Of a DNA stretch of 64,000 nt, positions 19,287-28,958 are shown one piece after another. The position numbers and the translations under genes are program-made. Positions within the stretch are counted from its first letter, which is position 1. The number at the start of each line of letters is the position of its first letter. The notes under the pieces are model-generated. The model was not told the DNA's origin, ran no database searches, and was given only the letters and a program-made list of their open reading frames with translations. Source of the stretch: an uncultured delta proteobacterium (GTDB lineage: Bacteria > Myxococcota > Myxococcia > Myxococcales > Myxococcaceae); the NCBI GenBank assembly GCA_963771175.1, contig CAVYSY010000056.1, positions 64,001 through 128,000 on the forward strand, given 5' to 3'.

Positions 19287-20093
19287 GTGATTCCCTACCT
19301 GCACGTCCCGTCCATCCATCTCGGCCCCCTCACCATCGAGCCCTTCGGCATCTTCGTGGCACTGGGCATCCTCTTCGCCGCCCGGCTCCTCACCCGGCAG
19401 GCCGAGCGCGAGGGGCTCGATGCGACCGCGCTCCAGGACTATGCCCCCTGGGGCGTCGGTGTGGGCGTCGTCGTCGGCCACCTCTTCCACCTCTTCGCCT
19501 ACCACCCCGAGGAGCTCTCCAAGAGCCCCTTCCAGATATTCAAGGTGTGGGACGGGCTCTCCTCCTTCGGCGGGCTCATTGGCGGCATCCTCGCCGCCGT
19601 CTTCTTCTTCCGGGCTCGCAAGCTGCGCTTCCGCGACTACGCCGACGCCTTCGCCCTCGCCGTGGCCCCCGGCTGGGCCGTCGCCCGACTCGGCTGCTTC
19701 GCCGTCCACGACCACCCCGGCCTGCACACCGACTTCTTCCTCGCCGTGAACTTCCCCGGCGGGCCCCGCCACGACCTCGGCATGTATGACGCCGCCTTCC
19801 TCTTCGCCGTCTCCGGCGTCCTCTGGGCCCTCAACCGCTCCGGCAAGCTGCGCGGCAAGCTGCTCCCGCTGCTCTCCCTCCTCTACGCCTTCGGCCGCTT
19901 CGGCTTCGACTTCCTGCGCGCCACCGACCTCTCCTATGTCGATGCGCGCTACTTCGGCCTGACGCCCGCTCAGTATGGGTGCTTCGGCCTCGTCGCCTTC
20001 GGCATCTACGGCCTGCTCAAGTGGCAGGCTCCCGCCCAGAAGGCCTCCCCCACCGTGGGCCCCGGTGGGTCCATGCAGGCACCCGCCCGCTAG
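19287..20093 (+). CDS. lgt: Prolipoprotein diacylglyceryl transferase family protein
   Basis: Multi-TM; WDGLSSFGGLIGG, ARLGCF, RFGFDFLR motifs. Confidence 0.85.
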   Translation: MIPYLHVPSIHLGPLTIEPFGIFVALGILFAARLLTRQAEREGLDATALQDYAPWGVGVGVVVGHLFHLFAYHPEELSKSPFQIFKVWDGLSSFGGLIGGILAAVFFFRARKLRFRDYADAFALAVAPGWAVARLGCFAVHDHPGLHTDFFLAVNFPGGPRHDLGMYDAAFLFAVSGVLWALNRSGKLRGKLLPLLSLLYAFGRFGFDFLRATDLSYVDARYFGLTPAQYGCFGLVAFGIYGLLKWQAPAQKASPTVGPGGSMQAPAR

Positions 20094-20108
20094 TCACGGG
20101 AGAGAGAC

Positions 20109-20693
20109 ATGCAGAGCGCCAAGGCAGTGCTCTACGACGCCTTCATGGCGCCCCTCGGGTGGCTCGGCCTCAACCGCGCCCGACGCCGGCTCGTCGAGGG
20201 GCTCTCCGGTCGCGTCCTCGAGGTGGGCACCGGCACCGGGCTGCTCCTCCCCGCCTACCCGCCCACCGTCTCCGAGGTCGTCGCCATCGACATCGACCCC
20301 GAGATGCTCGCCCGCGGCGCGAGCCGTGGCCGCCCTGGCGTCTCCCTGCAGCAGGCCGATGTCCAGCAGCTCCCCTTCCCCGACGCCTCCTTCGACGTCG
20401 TCGTCGCCTGTCTCGTGTTCTGCAGCGTCAAGGACCCCGTCCGGGGGCTCGCCGAGCTCCGCCGCGTCCTCCGCCCCGGCGGCCAGCTCCGCATGCTCGA
20501 GCACGTCCGCGCTCCGCACTCCGGCCTCGCCCACCTCCAGGACCGCCTCAACCCCGCCTGGAGCCGCCTCTCCGGTGGGTGTCAGCTCAATCGCGACACC
20601 GTCCCCCTCGTCGAGGCCGCGGGCTTCCGCCTCACCCAGCGCTCCCAGCTGCTGCGTGAGGTCGTCGAGGAGCTCGTCGCCGTTCCCGTGTGA
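20109..20693 (+). CDS. Class I SAM-dependent methyltransferase
   Basis: VLEVGTGTG, LPFPDASFDVVV, RVLRPGG. Confidence 0.9.
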   Translation: MQSAKAVLYDAFMAPLGWLGLNRARRRLVEGLSGRVLEVGTGTGLLLPAYPPTVSEVVAIDIDPEMLARGASRGRPGVSLQQADVQQLPFPDASFDVVVACLVFCSVKDPVRGLAELRRVLRPGGQLRMLEHVRAPHSGLAHLQDRLNPAWSRLSGGCQLNRDTVPLVEAAGFRLTQRSQLLREVVEELVAVPV

Positions 20694-20699
20694 GGCGTC

Positions 20700-21356
20700 T
20701 CAGAGGAGTCGCCTGCCGAGCAGGTCGAACGCCTCGATGGGGATGGCATGGACCGGGCTCCGCTCGTACTCGCTGGAGAGCAGGGTGAAGCAGAGGATGT
20801 CCCCGCGCGTGTGGTGCGGCGCCAATTGCCGGTCCCGCAGGCGTCCCTCCAGAGTGAAGCCCATCCGCCGCGCCACCGCCGCGCTCGCCGCGTTGTCGGG
20901 GTCGCACGTCAGGTCCACCCGCGTCACCTTGTCGAGCTCGAAGGCGGTCCGGATGACGGCCGACGCCATCTCCGTGGCCAATCCCTTTCCGACCGCATCG
21001 CGCCGCAGCCAGTAGCCCACCTCGCGAGCCCCGATGCCCGCACGGGTATACAGCCCCACCTCGCCCAGGAAGCGCCCGGTCTCGGGGTCCACCACCGCGT
21101 AGGTGCGGTCCTGGTCCAGGTCGAAGTTGCCCCGCATCTTGCGGAGCTGCGCCAGGTGGACCTCCAGCGGGGGCGGCCCGTCGGGCTGGAGTGGGAAGAA
21201 TTCGCGCAGATGCTCTCCGCTCGACTCCACCGCCTCCAGGCGGGGCCCGATGTCGGAGGGCTCATGGCCGCGCAGGAGCAGCCGCGGGGTGCGCACCCGG
21301 TAGGCGGGCCCGGAGGGCGCCCCCGGAGACGGAGGGACTGTAGGGGTGTCGCGCAT
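20700..21356 (-). CDS. RimJ/RimL-type GNAT acetyltransferase
   Basis: EVGYWL, GKGLATE, DNAASAAVARRMGF. Confidence 0.9.
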   Translation of the reverse strand: MRDTPTVPPSPGAPSGPAYRVRTPRLLLRGHEPSDIGPRLEAVESSGEHLREFFPLQPDGPPPLEVHLAQLRKMRGNFDLDQDRTYAVVDPETGRFLGEVGLYTRAGIGAREVGYWLRRDAVGKGLATEMASAVIRTAFELDKVTRVDLTCDPDNAASAAVARRMGFTLEGRLRDRQLAPHHTRGDILCFTLLSSEYERSPVHAIPIEAFDLLGRRLL

Positions 21357-21419
21357 GGTGGCGTTCTACCCCGGCCAGCCCCGCGGCGGGTGTCAGAGGG
21401 GTTTGCTAGGGGGATTCTC

Positions 21420-22340
21420 ATGAAAGCTCACCTCTACCTGTTGCTCGCCGCCACCGCGCTCGGCGCCCCTGACGCTCCCGCCGAGGCGCGCTCCGCATCC
21501 ATGGACACATCCAATTCCGAGGCCGGCTCCGCCGCCTTCCGCGAGGGCACCGTCCAGCTCCGCACCGGCGTCCAGCTCCACTACGTCGAGCAGGGCCGTC
21601 AGGACGGTCAGGTGCTCGTCCTCCTCCACGGCTACACCGACTCGTACCTCTCCTTCGACCGCGTCCTCCCCATCCTCCCCAGGAGCTTCCACGTCTACGC
21701 GCTCGACCAGCGTGGCCACGGGGATTCGTCCCGTCCCGAGTGCTGCTACTCGCAGTCCGACTTCGCCGCCGATGTCGTCGCCTTCCTCGATGCCCAGGGC
21801 CTCCAGCGCGCCGTCCTCGTCGGCCACTCCATGGGCAGCTTCATCGCCCAGCAGGTCGCCCTCGAGTACCCCGAGCGCGTCGAGGCCCTCGTCCTCATCG
21901 GTTCGGCCCCCACCGTCCACGGCAACCCCGTCGCCGCCGACCTGAAGTCCTACGTCGATACCCTCTCCGACCCCATCGACCCCGCCTTCGTCCGCGACTT
22001 CCAGGCCAGCACCTTCTACCGCCCCATTCCTCCCTCCTTCCTCGACACCGCCGTCTCCGAGTCCCTCAAGGTCCCCGCCCGCGTCTGGCAGGCCGCCCTC
22101 GATGGACTCATCGCCGAGGACCACGCCGCCCGTCTGGGGGAGATTTCCGCGCCCACGCTCGTCGTCGGCGGGGACCAGGATGGGTTCTTCCCCGTCGCCG
22201 ACCAGCAGGCGCTCGCCCAGGCCCTGCCCCGCGCGTCCTTCGCCCTCTACACGGACACCGGGCACGCCCCCCACGTCGAGCAGCCCCACCGCTTCGTCCA
22301 TGACGTGAAGACGTTCCTGCGGGCACTGCGCTCGGAGTGA
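21420..22340 (+). CDS. Exported alpha/beta hydrolase
   Basis: Signal-like N-terminus; LLHGYTDS, DQRGHG, GHSMG, GHAPH. Confidence 0.9.
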   Translation: MKAHLYLLLAATALGAPDAPAEARSASMDTSNSEAGSAAFREGTVQLRTGVQLHYVEQGRQDGQVLVLLHGYTDSYLSFDRVLPILPRSFHVYALDQRGHGDSSRPECCYSQSDFAADVVAFLDAQGLQRAVLVGHSMGSFIAQQVALEYPERVEALVLIGSAPTVHGNPVAADLKSYVDTLSDPIDPAFVRDFQASTFYRPIPPSFLDTAVSESLKVPARVWQAALDGLIAEDHAARLGEISAPTLVVGGDQDGFFPVADQQALAQALPRASFALYTDTGHAPHVEQPHRFVHDVKTFLRALRSE

Positions 22341-22488
22341 GCCGTCCAGCGGACCCGCCTGCAACCTCCCAGGCAGGACGACGGGAAGGTCCATTGTCCG
22401 GACCCGGACGCTCGTACCCTTTCTCGGACCCATGGCCGACGTGGACTTCATGTCCACTCTCTCGCCCCAGGTTCGAGAAGGAGGAGGC

Positions 22489-25216
22489 ATGGAGCGAGCA
22501 ACACAATGCCGGCAGGTGGTCTGGGCGCTCTGTGCGTTGGTGCTCGGCCTGGGGGCGACGGCGCGAGCGCAATCCACGGAGCCCTCGGTGGTGGGCCGGT
22601 GGAGCCCACTGCAGAGCTGGCCGGTTCCGGCGGTGCATGCCCACCTGTTACCCACCGGGAAGGTGCTGTTCGCCTCGGAGTTCGAGCTGGGAGACGATGC
22701 CCCTCATCTCTGGGATCCCGTGGCGGACCAGCTCCAGCAACTCCCGCCCCCTGGCTACAACATCTTCTGCGGAGGCCACTCCTTCCTGGCCGATGGGCGA
22801 CTGCTGATCGCCGGAGGTCACCTCGACAACGATCGCGGCCTGCCGGACGCCATCATCTTCGATCCCTTCACCCAGCGATGGACGCGACTGCCCGATATGG
22901 CACGCGGCCGCTGGTATCCGACCAACACCACCCTGCCCAATGGGGAGGTGCTGGTCGTGGCTGGAGCCAACCAGGACCAGGTCATGAACCCCATCCCGGA
23001 GATCTGGTCCCCGGAGACAGGCTCCTGGCGCAGGCTCACGGGGGCCTCGCTCTCGCTGGACTACTACCCGTGGATGTTCGTCGTGCCGGATGGGCGGGTC
23101 TTCATGGCCGGCCCAGCAGCACAGACCCGCTGGTTGGACCCGAGCGGCTCCGGTGCCTGGACCACCGGTCCTCGGACCCGTCATGGGGGCAAGCGCAGTT
23201 ACGGCTCGGCGGTGCTGTACGACGTGGGGAAGATCTTCATCGTCGGCGGGAATGATCCCTCCACCAACAGCGCCGAGGTGATCGACCTCAATCAGCCTTC
23301 ACCCTCGTGGCGCATGGTCCCGCCCATGAGCTTCGTCCGCCGCCAACACAACGCCACCCTCCTGCCCGATGGGTCGGTGCTGGTGACGGGCGGGCACAGC
23401 GGCCAGGGGCTCGACGACTCCAGCCAGCCGCGACGGGAGACAGAGCTGTGGGACCCACGCACCGAGACCTGGACCCGGCTCGCGCCCATGAACGCGTATC
23501 GCGGATACCACAGCGTGGCGGTGCTGCTGCCGGATGGGCGGGTCCTCTCCGCGGGGGGACGGAGGGTGAACACGATGCAGGTCTTCTCTCCCCCCTACCT
23601 GTTCAAGGGCGAGCGCCCCGTCATCCTCAATACCCCGGACACCCTGAGCCATGGACAGGCCTTCACGGTCTTCACGCCCCAGGCGGCCTCCATCGCCCAG
23701 GTGACGTTGATCCGGCTCGCCTCGGTCACGCACGCCTTCGACGAGAACCAGCGCTTCCTCCGAATGGACTTCCGCGAGGAAGCCGGGAACCTCATCGTCA
23801 CCGCGCCCGCCAATTCCCGACCTGGCGCCCCCGGGCCACTACATGATGTTCCTCGTGGACGGCAGGGGCGTTCCTTCCGTCGCGAAGATCGTCCGGCTCG
23901 GAGGCTCCACCGCGCCTCCTCCCCCTCCGCCTCCGCCCGCCACCCAGGTGGCGATCGGCTTCGGCTCCACCTGGAAGTACGACGACCAGAACGTGGACCC
24001 CGGCACCGCCTGGACGTCGCCCGTCTTCGACGACTCGGGCTGGCCCAGCGGGGCCGCGCAGCTCGGGTACGGGGACCAGGACGAGCAGACGGTGCTGCGA
24101 AAGACCACTCCGGTCCAGCCCAGCGTCTACTTCCGCAAGAAGATCCGCGTGGACGGGACGGTGGAGGCCGCCAGCCTCAAGGTGCTCTTCGACGATGGCA
24201 TCGCGGTCTGGGTCAACGGCACCCTGGTGTTCTCGCGCAACATCACCAACACCGAGCACGCCGCCTTCGCCACCGGGGGCTCCGGCGACAACGGGCGGGC
24301 CGAGGCCAGCATCCCGCCCACCGCCTTCGTGCATGGCGACAACACGATCGCGGTGATGGTGAAGCAGAACAGCCCGACCTCGAGCGACCTGTCGTTCGAT
24401 CTCGAGCTGTCGCTGAGCGTCTCCGGCGACAGACCCCACCTCGCGTCGCTGATGCTGGAGCGGCCCAACGGTGGCGAGCGCTTCCACGTGGGAGCCACGG
24501 AGCCCATCCGATGGATCAACCACGGAGACACGCGCGGGACGATCGACCTGGATTACTCGACCGATGGAGGGAGCACCTGGAAGTCCATCGCCCGGGGCGT
24601 GGTCGATACCGGGAGCTTCGATTGGCTCGTTCCGGCCGAGAACACCGAGCGCGCGCTCGTGCGCATCTTCCCGTCGGGCATACCCGAGGCGGCCGATACG
24701 AGCGAGGCGCCGTTCTCCCTCTCCACCTCGGCCACCTTCGTCGCCATTCCCTTCGGGGAAGTCTGGCGCTTCAATGATCGCAACGTGGACCCGGGGCCTT
24801 CCTGGACGGGTGCGTCGTTCGACGACTCCTCCTGGCGCCACGGCGCGGGGCAGCTCGGCTACGGGGACTCGGACGAGAACACCGTGCTCACTCCCACCTC
24901 GCCCGTCCAGCCCAGCATCTACTTCCGCAAGAAGTTCTCCCTCCCCAACAAACCGTCCGCGGCCCGGATCAAGGTGCTCTTCGACGATGGCTTCGTGCTC
25001 TGGGTGAACGGGAAGCGTGTCGCCTCGCGCAACGTGGAGAACATCGCGCATACGGCCTTTGCCACGGGCAGCGCGGAGAACACGGTGGCCGAAGCGGACA
25101 TCGATGCCTCCGCGCTCATGGCCGGCGAGAACACCCTGGCGGTGATGGTCAAACAGCGAGGGCCCACGTCGAGTGACGTCTCCTTCGACCTCGAGCTGCG
25201 CGTCACCAGCCCCTAG
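22489..25216 (+). CDS. Galactose oxidase-like copper radical oxidase (kelch + DUF1929 + two C-terminal beta-sandwich modules), copy 1; +1 frameshift near 23820
   Basis: FCGG (Cys), RWYPT (Tyr), RGYHS (Tyr-His), VTHAFD (His); colinear with copy 2 after removing one base. Confidence 0.85.
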
Positions 25217-25355
25217 CAAACGGCCAGAGGTGCGCTGACGCCCAGAGAGTGCGGCGCCTGTCCGGACCCGGACGCTCGTGCCCTTTCTCGGACCCATGGC
25301 CGGCGTGGACTTCATGTCCACCCTCTCGCCCCAGAGTCGAGAAGGAGGAGAAGGC

Positions 25356-28082
25356 ATGGGGCGAGCGACACGATGCAGGCAGGTGGCCTGGGCACTCTGT
25401 GCACTGGTGTTCGGCCTGGGGGCGATGGCGCGAGCGCAATCCACGGAGCCCTCGGTGGTGGGCCAGTGGAGCCCGCTGAAGACCTGGCCGGTTCCGGCGG
25501 TGCATGCCCACCTGTTGCCCACCGGGAAGGTGATGTTCTTCTCGGAGTTCGAGGCCGGAGACGATGGCCCCTACCTCTGGGAGCCTGGGGCGGACCAACT
25601 CCAGCAACTCTCGCCCCCTGGCTTCAACATCTTCTGCGGAGGCCACTCCTTCCTCGCCGATGGGCGACTGCTGATCGCCGGAGGTCACCTCGACGTCGAT
25701 CGCGGCCTGCCGGATGCCATCATCTTCGACCCCTTCTCCCAGCGATGGACGCGGCTGCCCGACATGGCACGCGGCCGCTGGTATCCCACCAACACCACCC
25801 TGCCCAATGGAGAGGTGCTGGTCGCCGCTGGCGCCACCGAGGACCAGGTCATGAACACCATCCCGGAGATCTGGTCACCGGAGAAGGGCTCCTGGCGCGC
25901 GCTCACCGGGGCCTCACGCTCGCTGCCCTACTACCCGTGGAACTTCGTCGCGCCGGACGGGCGGGTCTTCATGGCGGGCCCGGAAGCACCCACCCGCTGG
26001 TTGGACACGAGCGGCTCCGGGGCCTGGATTACCGGTCCTCGCACCCGCCATGGGGCCAAGCGCGGCTACGGCTCGGCCGTGATGTACGACGCGGGGAAGA
26101 TCTTCATCGTCGGCGGGAATGATCCCCCCACCAACAGCGCCGAGGTGATCGACCTCAATCAGTCTTCACCCACGTGGCGCATGGTCCCGCCCATGAGCTT
26201 CGGCCGCCGCCAGCACAACGCCACCCTCCTGCCCGACGGGTCCGTGCTGGTGACGGGCGGGCACAGCGGCCAGGGGTTGGACGACGCCAGCAAGCTGCGC
26301 AAGGAGGTGGAGCTGTGGAACCCACGCACCGAGGCCTGGACCCAGCTCGCGCCGATGAGCGCGTATCGCGGCTACCACAGCGTGGCGGTGCTGCTGCCGG
26401 ATGGGCGGGTCCTCTCCGCCGGCGGGCGCAGGGTGAACACGATGCAGGTCTTCTCTCCCCCCTACCTGTTCAAGGGCAACCGCCCGGTCATCCTCTCCAC
26501 CCCGGACCACCTGAGCCATGGGCAGACCTTCACCGTGTCCACCGCCCAGCCGGACACCATCGCCCAGGTGACGTTGATCCGGCTCGCCTCGGTCACGCAT
26601 GCCTTCGACGAGAACCAGCGCTTCCTCCGAATGGACTTCCGCGCGGGCCCCGGCAGCCTCACCGTCACCGCGCCCGCCAACACCCGCGTGGCCCCTCCGG
26701 GCCATTACATGATGTTCCTCGTGGACGGCAGAGGCGTGCCCTCCGTGGCGAGAATCGTCCAGCTCGGCGGGCCCAGCGCTCCCCCTCCCCCGCCGCCGCC
26801 TCCCACTGACGGGGTGAAGATCGGCTTCGGCTCCACCTGGAAGTACAATGATGGGAACGTGGACCCCGGCGCCGCCTGGACGTCGCCCGGCTACGACGAC
26901 TCGGGCTGGCCCAGCGGTGCCGCACAGCTCGGCTACGGCGACCAGGACGAGCGGACGGTGCTGCGGAAGACCACTCCGGTCCAACCCAGCGTCTACTTCC
27001 GCAAGAAGCTCCACGTGGACGGGACGGTGGAGGCCGCCACCCTCAAGGTGCTCTTCGACGATGGCATCGCGGTCTGGGTCAACGGCTCCCAGGTGTTCTC
27101 GCGCAACATCACCAGCACCGCGCATTCCGCCTACGCCAACAGGAACTCCGGCGACAACACGCGGGCCGAGGCCAGCCTCCCGCCCACCGCCTTCGTCAAC
27201 GGCGACAACACCCTCGCCGTGATGGTGAAGCAGGTGGACCCGACCTCGAGCGACCTGTCGTTCGACCTGGAGCTGGCGCTGAGTGTCTCTGGCGGCGAGG
27301 GCCACCCGGCGGCACTGATGCTGGAGCGGCCCAACGGAGGAGAGAGCTTCCACGCGGGAGCCACCGAGCGCATCCGCTGGCTCAGCCACGGAGCAACCAG
27401 CGGCAAGGTCGACCTGGAGTACTCGACCGATGGAGGGAGCACCTGGACGTCCATTGCCCGGGGCGTCGCGGATACCGGCGGCTACGACTGGCTCGTTCCG
27501 TCCGAGAGCTCCGCGCGCGCGCTCGTGCGCATCTCCGACCCGGCCATGCCCGAGGTGACCGACACGAGCGAGGCACCGTTCTCCCTCTCCACCTCGGCCA
27601 CCTACGTCGCGGTGGCCTTCCGGGAGGTCTGGCGCTTCGATGATCGCAACGTGGATCCGGGGCCCTCGTGGACGGGGGCTTCGTTCGACGACTCAGCCTG
27701 GCGCTACGGCGGAGGGCAGCTCGGCTACGGGGACTCGGACGAGACCACCGTGCTCAACGCCACCTCGCCCGCCCAGCCCAGCGTCTACTTCCGCAAGAAG
27801 GTGACCCTCCCCGGCGGGGCGTCCGCCGCCCGCCTCAAGGTGCTCTTCGACGACGGCTTCGTGCTGTGGGTGAACGGGAAACGCGTCGCCTCGCGCAACG
27901 TGGGGAGCATCGAGCATACGGCCTTTGCCACGGGCAGCGCGGAGAACACGGTGGCCGAAGCGGACATCGATGCCTCCGCGTTCGTGGCCGGCGAGAACAC
28001 CCTGGCGGTGATGGTCAAGCAGCGAGGGCCCACGTCGACTGACGTCTCCTTCGACCTCGAGCTGCGCATCACCAGCCCCTAG
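25356..28082 (+). CDS. Galactose oxidase-like copper radical oxidase, copy 2 (intact)
   Basis: Signal peptide; same Cys/Tyr/Tyr-His/His motifs; poly-Pro linker; two W..G..QLGYGD..YFRK..FDDG...WVNG modules. Confidence 0.9.
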   Translation: MGRATRCRQVAWALCALVFGLGAMARAQSTEPSVVGQWSPLKTWPVPAVHAHLLPTGKVMFFSEFEAGDDGPYLWEPGADQLQQLSPPGFNIFCGGHSFLADGRLLIAGGHLDVDRGLPDAIIFDPFSQRWTRLPDMARGRWYPTNTTLPNGEVLVAAGATEDQVMNTIPEIWSPEKGSWRALTGASRSLPYYPWNFVAPDGRVFMAGPEAPTRWLDTSGSGAWITGPRTRHGAKRGYGSAVMYDAGKIFIVGGNDPPTNSAEVIDLNQSSPTWRMVPPMSFGRRQHNATLLPDGSVLVTGGHSGQGLDDASKLRKEVELWNPRTEAWTQLAPMSAYRGYHSVAVLLPDGRVLSAGGRRVNTMQVFSPPYLFKGNRPVILSTPDHLSHGQTFTVSTAQPDTIAQVTLIRLASVTHAFDENQRFLRMDFRAGPGSLTVTAPANTRVAPPGHYMMFLVDGRGVPSVARIVQLGGPSAPPPPPPPPTDGVKIGFGSTWKYNDGNVDPGAAWTSPGYDDSGWPSGAAQLGYGDQDERTVLRKTTPVQPSVYFRKKLHVDGTVEAATLKVLFDDGIAVWVNGSQVFSRNITSTAHSAYANRNSGDNTRAEASLPPTAFVNGDNTLAVMVKQVDPTSSDLSFDLELALSVSGGEGHPAALMLERPNGGESFHAGATERIRWLSHGATSGKVDLEYSTDGGSTWTSIARGVADTGGYDWLVPSESSARALVRISDPAMPEVTDTSEAPFSLSTSATYVAVAFREVWRFDDRNVDPGPSWTGASFDDSAWRYGGGQLGYGDSDETTVLNATSPAQPSVYFRKKVTLPGGASAARLKVLFDDGFVLWVNGKRVASRNVGSIEHTAFATGSAENTVAEADIDASAFVAGENTLAVMVKQRGPTSTDVSFDLELRITSP

Positions 28083-28105
28083 CCAACGGCCAGAGGTCTA
28101 TCGGG

Positions 28106-28705
28106 TCACTTCCAGGTCAGGATGTACGTACAGCTATCGCCCCCCCGCTTGCGGCAGGGCCGGGTCTCGTCGTGCTCCAGGCGGATGGAGGGCTCGAACT
28201 TCTTGGCCATGGCGGTGAGGATGCCCAGGTCGAACGCGCACGGGTACGGGTTCTCGCAGACGGAGATGATCTTCTTCTGCCCCTCGAACCGCTCGTAGCC
28301 ATAATGGCCGATTCCCTCGGTCATGGCGCCAGTGGCCGGATTGAACATCGGCCGGCCCTTCTTCCGGTGGTTGAGGTGGTACGCGACATCGATGGACTGG
28401 ATGGCGGTGTAGATGTCCTTCACCCACGTCGGGAAGATGGCATTGCGCGGGATGGCCTTCCCGATCTCGAGCAACACCGAGTCCCCCATGTGCGCGCTGA
28501 TCTTCTCGAAGGCCTTCAACCACGCGCGCTGCGGGTACCACGCCTGGGGATCCACGACCACGACCCCATCCTTGTCCGGAGTGCCAATTCCCTCCTGCAA
28601 CAGGTAGGTGCTGGCCAACACCGCGAACGACTTGAAGCCCGCCACGATGGCCCACACCGTCTGGCCATTGACCTCGATGCCTTCCTCGAACGGCACGAAC
28701 TGCAT
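28106..28705 (-). CDS. V4R-like small-ligand-binding protein
   Basis: C-terminal CENPYPCAFDLG...CRKRGGDSCTY Cys pattern; GGAGG RBS. Confidence 0.65.
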   Translation of the reverse strand: MQFVPFEEGIEVNGQTVWAIVAGFKSFAVLASTYLLQEGIGTPDKDGVVVVDPQAWYPQRAWLKAFEKISAHMGDSVLLEIGKAIPRNAIFPTWVKDIYTAIQSIDVAYHLNHRKKGRPMFNPATGAMTEGIGHYGYERFEGQKKIISVCENPYPCAFDLGILTAMAKKFEPSIRLEHDETRPCRKRGGDSCTYILTWK

Positions 28706-28958
28706 GCTGCCTCCTACGAGACACGCCCCCGTGGCATGCGGCGTTCTGCTCGTTAAGCATCATAATCCGGAAGGCATCCGCCCCTCTATTTGGCGTCCCA
28801 ACCATCCGGGTCGCTCCGGAGAGACCCCATCGAGCGTGGGTGGGGAGAGGGGTGGGGATGGCTCGCCGTCATGGACACCTTCTTCTGAAGAGGCAGGAGT
28901 CCGGGGAGAGCGGGTCCGCGAGCAGGCCCCACAGGGGGACCAAAGAAGAGGTGAAGCG

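Larger units (their letters stand above)
22395..28096 (+). repeat. Tandem duplication of ~2.84 kb (about 22395-25230 and 25259-28096)
   Basis: Both units start TGTCCGGACCCGGACGCTCGT... and end ACCAGCCCCTAGC(A/C)AACGGCCAGAGG, covering the gene plus its upstream region. Confidence 0.9.
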
